This document shows, piece after piece, positions 13,008-23,033 of a DNA stretch of 64,000 nt. The notes under the pieces were generated by a model. It was given only the letters and a program-made list of their open reading frames with translations. It ran no database searches and was not told where the DNA came from. Both the position numbers and the translations under genes were made by a program. Source of the DNA: Takakia lepidozioides (lineage: Eukaryota > Plantae > Bryophyta); the NCBI GenBank assembly GCA_030704615.1, contig CM060732.1, positions 13,950,001-14,014,000 on the forward strand, in the 5' to 3' direction. How positions within the stretch are numbered: position 1 is the first letter of the stretch; the number at the start of each line of letters is the position of its first letter.

Positions 13008-13702
13008 TTGCTTCCGCCGGAGGATGACCATGTTGAGGACGACAAGAGGGAGCTTTCTGACCAGGATGACATCCTCCCGGACATCCCCAGGCCCCAAACC
13101 CGCAGCATACAGGCTGGATTTGGCGGTCCGGGTGGGCTGCCGGAGAACCCCCCTGTAACAGACGTCATGTCGGAGGCGGATATGAAGTTGGCCGCTGCCA
13201 AGATGTTGGAGGCAACCCACAGCAACATTGGCAGGGTCCTAGGGGGGATGGTGTACCCGGCCAAGCTTCGGATTCCCCTTTGCTGCTTGGTTTCATTGCA
13301 GGTGGTGAGACCTGCCCTCCCAGGCGATATCGACAAGCTGAAATTCTCTTTCCGGGAGGGATATCGAATGGGGTCTGCCACGTTTTACGTTTCCATGGAG
13401 AACGACCACGGAGCTTCTCGTGCCCACACTTCTGATGAGGTGGACAAATGGGGTCCCCATTGGCAAAGGCGAAATGAGGAGTTTGAGAGATTGATTGCTA
13501 CTGATCCTCTTTTCCAGCACTTGTCCGGAAAGAAGTTTTATGTGTGGAACGGCAATCATCGCCTCCTGGCATGGATGGAGTACATAGCCCAAGCCCACCC
13601 CAACGACCTGGATTGGCAATTTGCCGTGGAGTGTGTTGTGCTCAAGGTTGCGGGGCCCAAAGATCGCAGTCTTCTCAAAGCAGCAATGGCAGACATCAAC
13701 TC
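13008..13702 (+). CDS. Exon encoding a ParB/Sulfiredoxin-like domain
   Basis: IPLCCLVSLQVVRPALPGDIDKLKFSFREGY..FYVS ... KFYVWNGNHRLLAW resembles the ParB-N pattern IPLxxL..R..LxxS...G..(D/N)GxHR. Confidence 0.7.
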
Positions 13703-15007
13703 GTAAGTTACAATGCTTCTTGCTTTGGAACTTTGAATTTGAAACAGTCATTTCATTGCCAATCGTCATATTTGTTTCAAATTCTCATTTCTGTATTGTT
13801 TAATGGAAATGTGGCATCGCAGGGTGACTGAGAATGCCTTCATTGCCACCAACTTGTCCCATATGCTCTTCCGAGTGAAGGATGTCGGGAAGCAGGGGGT
13901 GCAAGAGTTTGCCAATTCGCTAAGTGCCGACCTCCTGCGCAAGTCGGAGGCAAAGGCAGACAGAACCTGGTATAGGCTGAGCATGGACGCCATGGTGGAC
14001 TACATATTTTGGGTAAAGCTCCTCACTATTTTGTTGAGCTAATCTGTCTCTCCTCCCACAATAGAAGAAAAAGTGTTGAGCAGGATCTCTAATCTTATGT
14101 GCGCATTCTTGACAGACGAAAATTCAGCAGGATTTGGCACATGCGCGGAGCTTCTACATGGAGTCAGAGAAGAAGAAACTAACCCTCCCGGCACTGGAAT
14201 CGTATCTCAAAGCTGCGGAGGCGAAGGCCTGCATCAAGTACAAGTCGCGGATGGTAAAGTACGTGGTCATAGCTGATCCCGCCCTTGGTGCCGATTTTCT
14301 GGTGGAGGTGGGGAAGCTCTACTCCCGCGCTCTGAAACCCACGATGACATTGGAGAAGCTACATCGTCTAGCCACATCCTGTGTGGATGCAACAGAAAAG
14401 GTTATACATTCTTAACCAAATTGTCGTGGCAGCAATTCGTTTTTGTGGTGTTTGGCGCTTACTAATATGTTGGGTGGTTGGACAGACCCGGTGGCTCCAA
14501 ATCTGGAATGGTTCCCAAAGTACAAGGGACATGTGGAGCTTCCCCAAACCCGACAAACTATCGACCCCCACATTCGACATGTGGATGAACCGCATGACAT
14601 GGTGGTTTCAGGTACTTTCCCACGCTTCATTGGGGGGCGTCTACTCTTGTATCGGATGGATTTATTGTATTTTTTGAGGAAAGCGGTCTGATGGAGAATC
14701 TCCACAGGTGACGACGAATGCGCAAGAGCAGCTTGACACACAAGCACATCAGTTCAAGCTGGAGATTTCTGGTGAAGCAGAGAGCCTACGCGACTATGTG
14801 ACGAGGTACTTTCTGCTCTACAAAACCGACCTATTCTTTCGAGAGATACCCCATGCCCGCCGGAGCCACGAGTTCACCGACCAGCCGAACGCGGACAAAG
14901 TGGCAATGCGCCTTCTGTACAAGTACATACGTTGTGCCTTTCTTTTTAGTCCCAACATTTCCAGGATGTAAGAGGCCTTATGTGGCGCATGAAAATTAGT
15001 TGTGGTC

Positions 15008-15845
15008 CTAGGAAAAATGGCGCCGAATTTCCGAATTCAGGCCCTGGGGGATGATTTGTCCAGGGGGTGGCTGGCACTCAGTCCGGAAATTTGGCGCCAT
15101 TTTTCCAGTTGCAGGCCAGTCAGATCTGGGACTTAGCCATTCTCGGCCCCAACCTGGGAAAATGCCGAATTTCAAGTTGAGGCCCCGAAAATGGCTAAGT
15201 CCTGGGTTGACTGGCACCGAATCCGGAAATTCGGCGCCATTTTTCCAGATCCGGGCAAAGTCAGCTCTGGGACTTAGCCATTTTCGGGCCCAACCAGGGA
15301 AAATGGCGCGGAATATCCAGTGCAGGGCTCCGAAAATGGCTAAGTCCCTATAGTGGCAGGCACCGAAACCGGAAATTCGGCGCCATTTTTCAAGATCCGG
15401 GCCCAGTCAGTTCTGGGACTTAGCCATTTTCAGGCCCAACCAGGGAAAATGGCACCGAATTTCCAGTGCACGGCCCCGAAAATGGCTAAGTCCCTTTAGA
15501 GGCAGGCACCTCAACTGGAAATTCGGCGCCATTTTTCCAGTTCCGGGCCCAGTGAGTTCTGGGACTTGGGCATTTTCGGCCCCAACCTAGGAAAATGGCG
15601 CCGGTTTTCCAGTGCAGGGCCCCAAAAATGGCTAAGTCCCTAGTGTGGCAGGCACCGAAACCGGAAATTTGGCGCCATTTTCTCAGTCCCGGGCCCAGTC
15701 AGTTCTGGGACTTAGCCATTTTCGGCCCCAATCTGGGAAAATGGCGCCGAATTTCCAGTTGAGGGCCCCGAAAATGGCCAAGTCCCTGGGGTGGCTGGCA
15801 CCGAAACTGGAAATTTGGCACCATTTTTCCAGTTCTGGGCCTAGT
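15008..15845. repeat. Intronic tandem array, ~145-bp unit made of two inverted halves, each with the GGAAAWWYGGCGCCRWWTTTCC core
   Basis: CTGGGACTTAGCCATTTT recurs at ~15126, 15267, 15413, 15559 and 15704, alternating with its reverse complement AAAATGGCTAAGTCCC. Confidence 0.92.
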
Positions 15846-16739
15846 CATTTTCATTCCCTAAAATTTACCTCGTTCCCGGGACCTCATTCTGTGTGTTTCT
15901 TGAATGCAGGTACTGCAAGTTCTCCCTTTTGGAGAAAGGACATCTGTCCTTTGAGCTGCCATTCTTCCTCGCATGGAGGAACCCTGGGGCTGACTCCATG
16001 TACACTGACGTTATCGTGAAGGAGTGGCATCTGGAACATTTGCGCGACTGCCCTTGGTATGTGGACCTTCCGCCCGGCTCGCTCGACCCATCTGAGTTTC
16101 AATTGAAGCTGGATGCTGAGGCTCGACGAAACCGGGCTCCGCTGCCTCCACTGGGGTCCAAAGGAGGCGAGAGCGCTTGCCCAGTCCAGGAAAGCGGAAA
16201 AGCTTGCTTAGGCAGGTATTCAAGAGAAATTGAATGAGAAGAATAAAGGACAAAAGAAAAGGGCACGGAAACAGGGGAGTACAGTAACCCCAAAAAACAT
16301 AAAACCACCGGGGCACCAGAGGAGGCGCAGGAGGGGCCCCAAGGGACTGACTCCAATGACGACTTTGTGCAAGGTCCTGCGACTGCTGCTGCTGGTACCA
16401 AGTCACCGGTCGTCCGGGTTCCCAAGTCAGTTCGGACTGGGACTGGCTCTGCCAAGAAGTTGGCATTTGAGGGCGAGCCTACACGGCGGTATTCGCGGTG
16501 ACGTTTCCGAAGAGGCCAAAGCTAGAACCCCCAACCATCATCCAATGTGTCAATGAGACGCTCTGGCTGCCAGGGCGAAGAAGGTGGCACACAGCAAGTC
16601 TGTGGAGGAGCAGAAGGGGAAAGCCAAGAAGAGGGCTCCCAGTACAGAGCCTAAAGACACCCCTGGTTTCGAATCCATGATGGAATTCTTCACGGCTGTG
16701 AGCACGGATTGCAAGAGCACTCGGGGGGGGGGTGAGGTG

Positions 16740-17560
16740 GAGAGAGCATGCGATATGATTCTACTCGATATTCCAAATAGGGAGCTGCTAGAGGGCCTGG
16801 ATGGTGTGCCCACCTGGAACAGGTTTACTGAGGACTACTGGAGAGCCGGGTTTGGGCTGGCGGGGATGCTCCTGGATGATGATGGATGTATGGTGGTCCT
16901 TGCCACAAGAGGGAAGACCACAGACAATGTTGTGGCAAGGTGGACACCGAAAAGTGTCACCCCGGTCCTCCTCAAAAAATGGTTCTGCATCAATACGCAT
17001 GGGTTGCAAACAGAGGGCCAGAGTGTAAGTTATCAATCTATTACATTCACTTCATATTGTGGTGTATCTGAACTAGACCCTGGAGTTGATCCCTCTTTTG
17101 TTGGATGTGCAGACATTGGTGTTTGAGGCATATTGTTTTGTGAAGAGAGGGTCTACGTTCAAATTCCGCAACGACGGTCGTCTTGTTGATGCCGCTGTGA
17201 CCCTGTTACCTATGATGTCCTCTACAACTATGTGCCCCACTCCAGTATGCCAAAGGACACAAAGACAGGCAAACCGTGGCGGTACAGCCGGACCTGGAGC
17301 CCTGCTTTCATCCAAACCCTCATGGAGACGTGCTCCGATGTCCAAGGGCGGATTCTTGACCTCACATGTGCATGGGTAAGCCTTCACGTGCACATTTTGT
17401 CCCCTGACCCGATTGCAATTGCATGCCGCATGCTACTAACCGCCCGCTTTGTCCCTCAAGTGCTTCAATGTGGGCAGGGACGTTGTCCGACAGGCATGTC
17501 TTCGCCTTCGAGCCAGATACTGCCCTCCACAATTCCGAACTTGCAGCAGCTGAACGTCTG
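16740..17560 (+). CDS. Exons encoding a beta-class amino-methyltransferase (N6_N4_Mtase-like) fold with degenerate motifs
   Basis: DMILLDIPN (cf. DLIxxDPPY, motif IV); LLDDDGCMVV (cf. LKxGGxxxV); SPAFIQTLMETCSDVQGRILDLTCAW(G)ASMWAGTLSDRHVFAFEPD (cf. PxxLxxxLIxxxSxxGDxVLDPFxGSGTTxxAAxxxxRxxxGxExD). Motif IV precedes motif I, the beta-class order. Confidence 0.65.
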
Positions 17561-18485
17561 CCGAAAGAGGAAGAGGCATCCTCGGAGGATGAGGAAGAAT
17601 CCGACAAGGAGCAGGGGGGGGTACAAGTTGGATCGAGGCCGAGGAGCCCCCGGTTTACGAGTGAGTGGTCGCATTGTAAGTTGCCTCCTGATTTTGTGAG
17701 GCACCTCCCTTCGCTCTTTTATTTCATTGAAAGACCATTTTTTGCTTCTGTTGGTATTGACATTCTTAAAGTGGATTTGTTCTTACTGCAGGATGCCAAG
17801 TACTGCAGGAGGGACGTCTACACCGCAGTTCATGGGCAGGAGGAACGTGCCTTTTTTTGCCAGGGAGGATTTCATGCCTAGTCCAGAAAGGGACTACATC
17901 CTTCCTACTTATGCTGCCCGGCTTGCTTCGGTGTCCATTAGGAGGTCTTCCGAACCTAGTCGTGTACAGCAGATTTTAGACGAGGCAAGCCTCAAGAAAA
18001 AAATGAGATGAGAGGAGGAGACAACAGCTATTAGAGCCCGTCGGGCTCGTAGATTTGTCTTGGATTCTCCTGAGGAAAGTGGGGGAGAAGAGGCAGAAGA
18101 TTCCCAGGAGGTGAGGTGGACAGTCCCCAAGGAGAGGACGGAATTTTTGAGAGGCATAGTGGAACTGATGCATCACAGAGCTCGGAGGATGGGGGGGATG
18201 AGGGGGATGAGGAGGAAGGCGGGGCAAGTTCCTCGGAGGGTGTAGGAGAGTAGTGCCCATTCCGGCTATGACAGTTACGACACACTTGTATAGATGTGGC
18301 TTGCCACAAAATTTGCAATAAAATGTTGCATTTCATTGCTATGACGAGTCCACTGGTGCCAAATTCCAACTTGATATGACCCTATTTCCGTGCCTCCTAA
18401 CCCTATTTCCGTGGACACACAATGGTCTGCTCATGCTTTTTTTTTTTCCGCTCATGCTCATGCCGCTCATGAAATAGCAACCCCC

Positions 18486-19176
18486 GGAGGCAAGTCCCAG
18501 AAAGGATTGCACTCCCGTCGGAGGTTCCCAGTCCAAGATCGCCCTCACCTTTCTGTCATCCATTTTGATCCCATCCTATGTAATCACATGCCCTAAGAAC
18601 TCCACTTTTGTGACCCCGAATTCGCACTTTGAAGCTTTGGCATACAGCTTCCCTTCCCGCAATTTTTGGAACACCCTTTTAACGTGCTCCAGGTGGTCTT
18701 CATTTGTTTTCAAGTACACCAAGATGTCCGCGATGTACACAGTCACAAAGTCATATAACCACTCTTGGAAAAGGCTGTTCATTAACGTGCTAAAGGTTGC
18801 TAGCGCGTTTGTGAGCCCAAAAGGCATCACCAAGACCAGGGCTCCATAAAGTGACTTACTTGGCCGGATATATCCCTTTGCCATGAGGTCCTTGAGCTGT
18901 TCCTTCAGCTCCACCAACTCCCTATGGCTCAACCGGTACGGTGCCTTGGTAGGCGGCTCCGTTCCCGGTATCACCTCAATCTTATGGTCGACCCCTCTTT
19001 GCGGTGGCAAACCGCTCGGCAAATCCTCCGGCATCACATCTTGGTGTTTCTCCAAAATCCCCTTGATCCAATCTGGGCTCGGCTCCCTATCAACTTCTCC
19101 TTCCACTTGTCTCACGTAAAGCAAAATTTGGGGCTCGTGTGTCTCCTCCACGGCCCAGTCCTTTGCTGTCAACAGA
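18486..19176 (-). pseudogene. Older gypsy RT fragment (piece 1 of the MULE target) with an internal deletion
   Basis: [22 protein letters not shown] fused directly to VMPFGLTN; ends at SFLGLAS, abutting the MULE TIR. Confidence 0.92.
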
Positions 19177-20559
19177 CTACTGCAAATATGGGGGGTTAGG
19201 GATGCCAGCCGCGCCCCCGCGCATGGAGCGGCGCTGAGCGGGCGACGTCAGCCCCAAAGCCCCTTTATGCAACGCCCGGGCGTCGTCATCCAGCGCGGCG
19301 TGCCATCTTGCCACGCCCGCGCGTCGGCAGGTGGGTTGGACCCAGTGCAGGGGGTAGGCTGCAACGCCCGGGCGTCGCAAGGGATTTGAATAAACTGCTC
19401 GGGCAGCCTGTCCCTGAACGACATTGCCCCCTGAGTATGATGGACCTGCCTGATCCGGCCTAGGTCGTTGTGCTATCTGCGTTGGGGTAGCAAAATACAT
19501 GCTATGTTGTTGTGGCACTCTTTCGGTGTGCCCATTCATGGTATTACTCATTGTGTCTGTGCAATTGTGAGCGCCAAGATTTGCAAATCCATAATTGCAA
19601 TGTAGATGGTCTTGTTTCATACCAGTGTGACCAGAGACAACTTCAGAATTGAAAGCCAGACACTACCTCATAGTCCATGTGCGTATGTCTGCCTGACACT
19701 GGGGAATTGTGGGCTGACATATAGGCATGAAAAGTGACCGGAACTGGAGAACTCCACATAATGAAAGGCCTGCGGCGATGTGATCGTTGTTTCCTGCTTT
19801 TGGGCCCTCACCCACACAGTCAATTGCCAAGTCTAAACCTCATTATGGGCCCTCATGTAGGCATTACAGTACGAGTGTATGGAGAATGGAGAAATCTATA
19901 CAATCTTCAAAGGAATTTGGGGATGTGGTCCTTGGTGTGTTCGGAGCATACTCCCTCACACAACATCTTTTACTTCTTTCTGGAGGATTCAATGTGTATG
20001 CATTCAAATGTCCACATGGAGGCCGCATGTGCTAGAGGAAGTGTAGGAGATGGCAGACTGGAATGACCGAAACTTCACACAGGGCTCTTCAGCATGGTGG
20101 TTCAAAATATAGAGGAAATTGGGGCATACACAAACATGATTGGCACATTCAACTTGGCCTTAGATGCTAGAACAAATCAGGTGAAAAATGAGAACATGAT
20201 ATGCTCGTTGCATCTGTGCACGGGCATTCCCAAATCCAGATTTCACATATACATTGATAACAAGTTTACAAGAATACACAGCCTATAGTCTGAGTCATGC
20301 CGTTTCACAGACTTGCATTAATGCCACAATGTTAATGTACGGATCAAAATTATGAGACAGTTGCATACAAACACTAATTGGAGCCTAATGCAATTCATGT
20401 GGTCTTAAAAATGCACTGCCTTGCCAATTCATGATGTCTGAAAAAAGCATTGCCTTCAAGGTCGCACGCCCCCTCCTGGCATGGTAAGAATCATGGAGTC
20501 GACGCTCATTTCGCTGAGTTCGACCTTTCTATGCAATATGTAGCAACCATTGGTGGTGT

Positions 20560-20778
20560 CTATACACCTAGAGTGTGAGCTGTAAGCATTTTCCAGTCTA
20601 GGGAAAGTTGGAGTTAGGGCAAAGCGACGCTCCGCCCTCCCACCATGATCTTGTCTATGGCTTAGCAAGGTTTTAATACACCTAGAATGTGAGTTGTAAG
20701 CATTTTCCAGTCTAGGGAAAGCTGGAGTGAGGGCGAAGCGGCGCTCCACCCTCCCACCATGATCTTGTCTATGGCTAA
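20560..20778 (+). repeat. Direct duplication of ~115 bp
   Basis: TACACCTAGA..GTAAGCATTTTCCAGTCTAGGGAAAG..CCCTCCCACCATGATCTTGTCTATGGCT occurs twice. Confidence 0.9.
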
Positions 20779-21980
20779 GTTTTAGTTATGACTATCTTTT
20801 AGGGTCCCGCACAAATCCCTAATCTCCTCATCTTCATAAGCTCTCCAGACTAGTGGTTCCGCTTATTTACTAGTGTCTTTATATTTAACCGTGGCCGCCG
20901 CCATGGCCTCTGCTACCTCTCAATGTGCTCCCACGGGGCGGGCACGGGGCGGTCTCACCACCTCACCCCTTGCTCTAGCAATGCTTAGAACTGCTTAGAA
21001 CTTACTTCTGGATCATAGCGCTTCTTTTGAGCTCCTTCAGGTAATACCTGTCCTCACCCCTCTCAAATCTCTCAACAATGTACTACTTTTTACTCCCAAA
21101 TCCCACCTCCCTCCCCTCTCTTTAAAAGAAAGTCAATCCAATGCAAAAATGCAGTTCGTGGCACCGTAATTAACAGGTCCTATGCCAGGCCTATTGTTGC
21201 TAGGTGACCTCGAGAAAGACGCTGGGCTGGCCCAGGTTTCAGCTCACCCCCAACTACGGTACTCACTATCAGGGCAACACACTATCAACACACACTGGCA
21301 GAAGTGCCACCAAGAATCCAATATTCACAATCACCAGTATTGGTAAGGGCACCTGCTGCCCTATTTGAAGACCAATTGGTAATGTCTCCAATCACAATCT
21401 CACCGTTTCTTTTTCAATCCTTCTGTCACACTTCTGCCTGGTATGTGCTCACCCTCATGTCACACTGCGATGGACTTATCACACATCTTATGAAAGTAGA
21501 TACTCTTATGGACACTACTCTGTTGCCACCATCCCTCCATGCTCTCTCTACCTGGCCTCCCCACATAAAAATCATCTGTTTCCATACCCATAACTGCTGT
21601 CATACCAATACCAAACAATGTTTGTTCATCATGTACCTCTCTTTCCAGTTATGTGACAAGGCCTTGCTCCTTGGTATTATCCCTAATCTGTACTCATCGT
21701 TATTTGTTCGTCTCTCTAACCCTCATCTATTTTTTTACAGGCTATTTTCCAAATGTGGGCCACTCAGCACTCTCGGTCTCCTCTCCCCAAGCTACGTGGG
21801 CACACTGGCTCTCTCTATTTCAAAACATTTTTTTCACACTTGTTACTCTTCCCACACAATTTCACACAATGATCTTTACTCCATGTTCCTACTCGATATG
21901 CATATATGCTATTTCTCGAGAACAACTACCACTCAATACACTACCACTCTCTTTTACAAGATATTCAGAGCTACTGGCTA

Positions 21981-22046
21981 GCTTGGGAAAATGCTACCTT
22001 GGAAAAATGCTACCTTGGGAAATTGTTACTTTGGGAAAATGCTACC
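21981..22046 (+). repeat. Four copies of a 16-bp unit (CTTGGGAAAATGCTAC)
   Basis: Directly visible tandem minisatellite. Confidence 0.85.
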
Positions 22047-23033
22047 TATCCCAAAAGCGCACGGCCTTCTTGTATTATTGGAGGTGCTGCCAGTGGGTCT
22101 ACGACGATTGCATCGGCACCACGTACAGGCCGCCGCGAATTCACTTGCAAACAGTCTATGGGGACATTCTCATAAGCTACAAGGATGAGTCCTACGGGCA
22201 CAGAGTTTCCACCGCCAAAATATCCATTTACGATGGCGCGTATATCGGGAGACATGACACCGTTGTCCACTACAACAAAGGGGACCGGACTGCATGGATT
22301 GTCTTCACCTACCGACACCCAATCAGTCATGAGCTTGTTGAGAGGCCAATCAAGGTTTCAACTTCTTGGTGACAACACTGCAACATTGCAGCAAATGGCA
22401 TAGATTGCATGCATACTTGAAGCTTACCTCGGCTTGTGAGGCCATGCATAGTTGTCAGTTCAATATATGAATAAAAGTGTTTATTGAACAAAAGTTCCAG
22501 TTTGTGTGCAATGATGATTTCTGTTGAATGTGCACTTTTGCCTGAGAGGGTCCTGCACTCTTCGATCTTGTACCCAAACTGAAATCTTGCATGCTCGCCC
22601 CCACGCCTCTTGTCAGACACCGCAGTCAATAATTTATGCAGGGCACCTGCACCGGTCTGCAGCCTTCTGACTGCATACCGTTGGCAGTTATTGCCAAAGA
22701 GCAGGGCCGCATTTCGTAGACCAGGTTCATGAAAACTCTGACAGTGGATTTTTGGGAGTGTGGGCTCGCCGAATTCGTGAATAGGCTTCCTCGGTCGTCC
22801 AGATGGGCCCTGCATTGCTTTGCATCCCCGCTTCTCCCAGGGCGCTTGACCGGACGCCGAGTCATCTGTACGCATCTGCCATGGTTGCAAACTCGAGCGC
22901 TATAGTGTACTGCCCTCCTCACAAGCACAGAGCCACATTTCCGTGCAGAGGGGGAGTATGTCGGGTTGCTGAAAAATATCTCTGTGTCCGATACCACCTG
23001 AAACCGGGGTCAGTGTTCCTGGAGGAGGAAAGG

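Larger units (their letters stand above)
5334..18245 (+). pseudogene. Multi-exon gene: low-complexity N-terminus + ParB/Srx-like domain + beta-class N6/N4 DNA methyltransferase-like domain; disrupted by a gypsy insertion, stops and frameshifts
   Basis: Frame rejoins across the LTR element (KPIE|EARGVV); in-frame TAG at 12984. GT-AG introns at ~13703-13821, 14012-14115, 14401-14484, 14611-14707, ~14930-15909, 17025-17111, 17376-17460 (imperfect junction) and ~17664-17791. Start codon uncertain. Confidence 0.75.
1..18485. mobile_element. Mutator-like element copy X, arm carrying the palindrome arrays and the ParB/MTase-like gene, ending in a TIR
   Basis: Terminus GCTCATGAAATAGCAACCCCC at 18465-18485 with subterminal GCTCATG repeats. 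The same order of parts (TIR, gene 3' end, intron array, exon, upstream ORF remnant, 96-bp array) is seen inverted at 43192-45550. The left limit is not in the window or is uncertain. Confidence 0.7.

Noticed and set aside
13008-17560. Bacterial or phage contamination as the source of the ParB/MTase-like gene
   Set aside because: The gene has multiple spliceosomal GT-AG introns, a plant gypsy insertion with TSD, and sits within MULE ends.
21304-21981. 225-aa ORF
   Set aside because: CT-rich, with no recognisable motif; possibly a decayed retroelement remnant, but not supportable.
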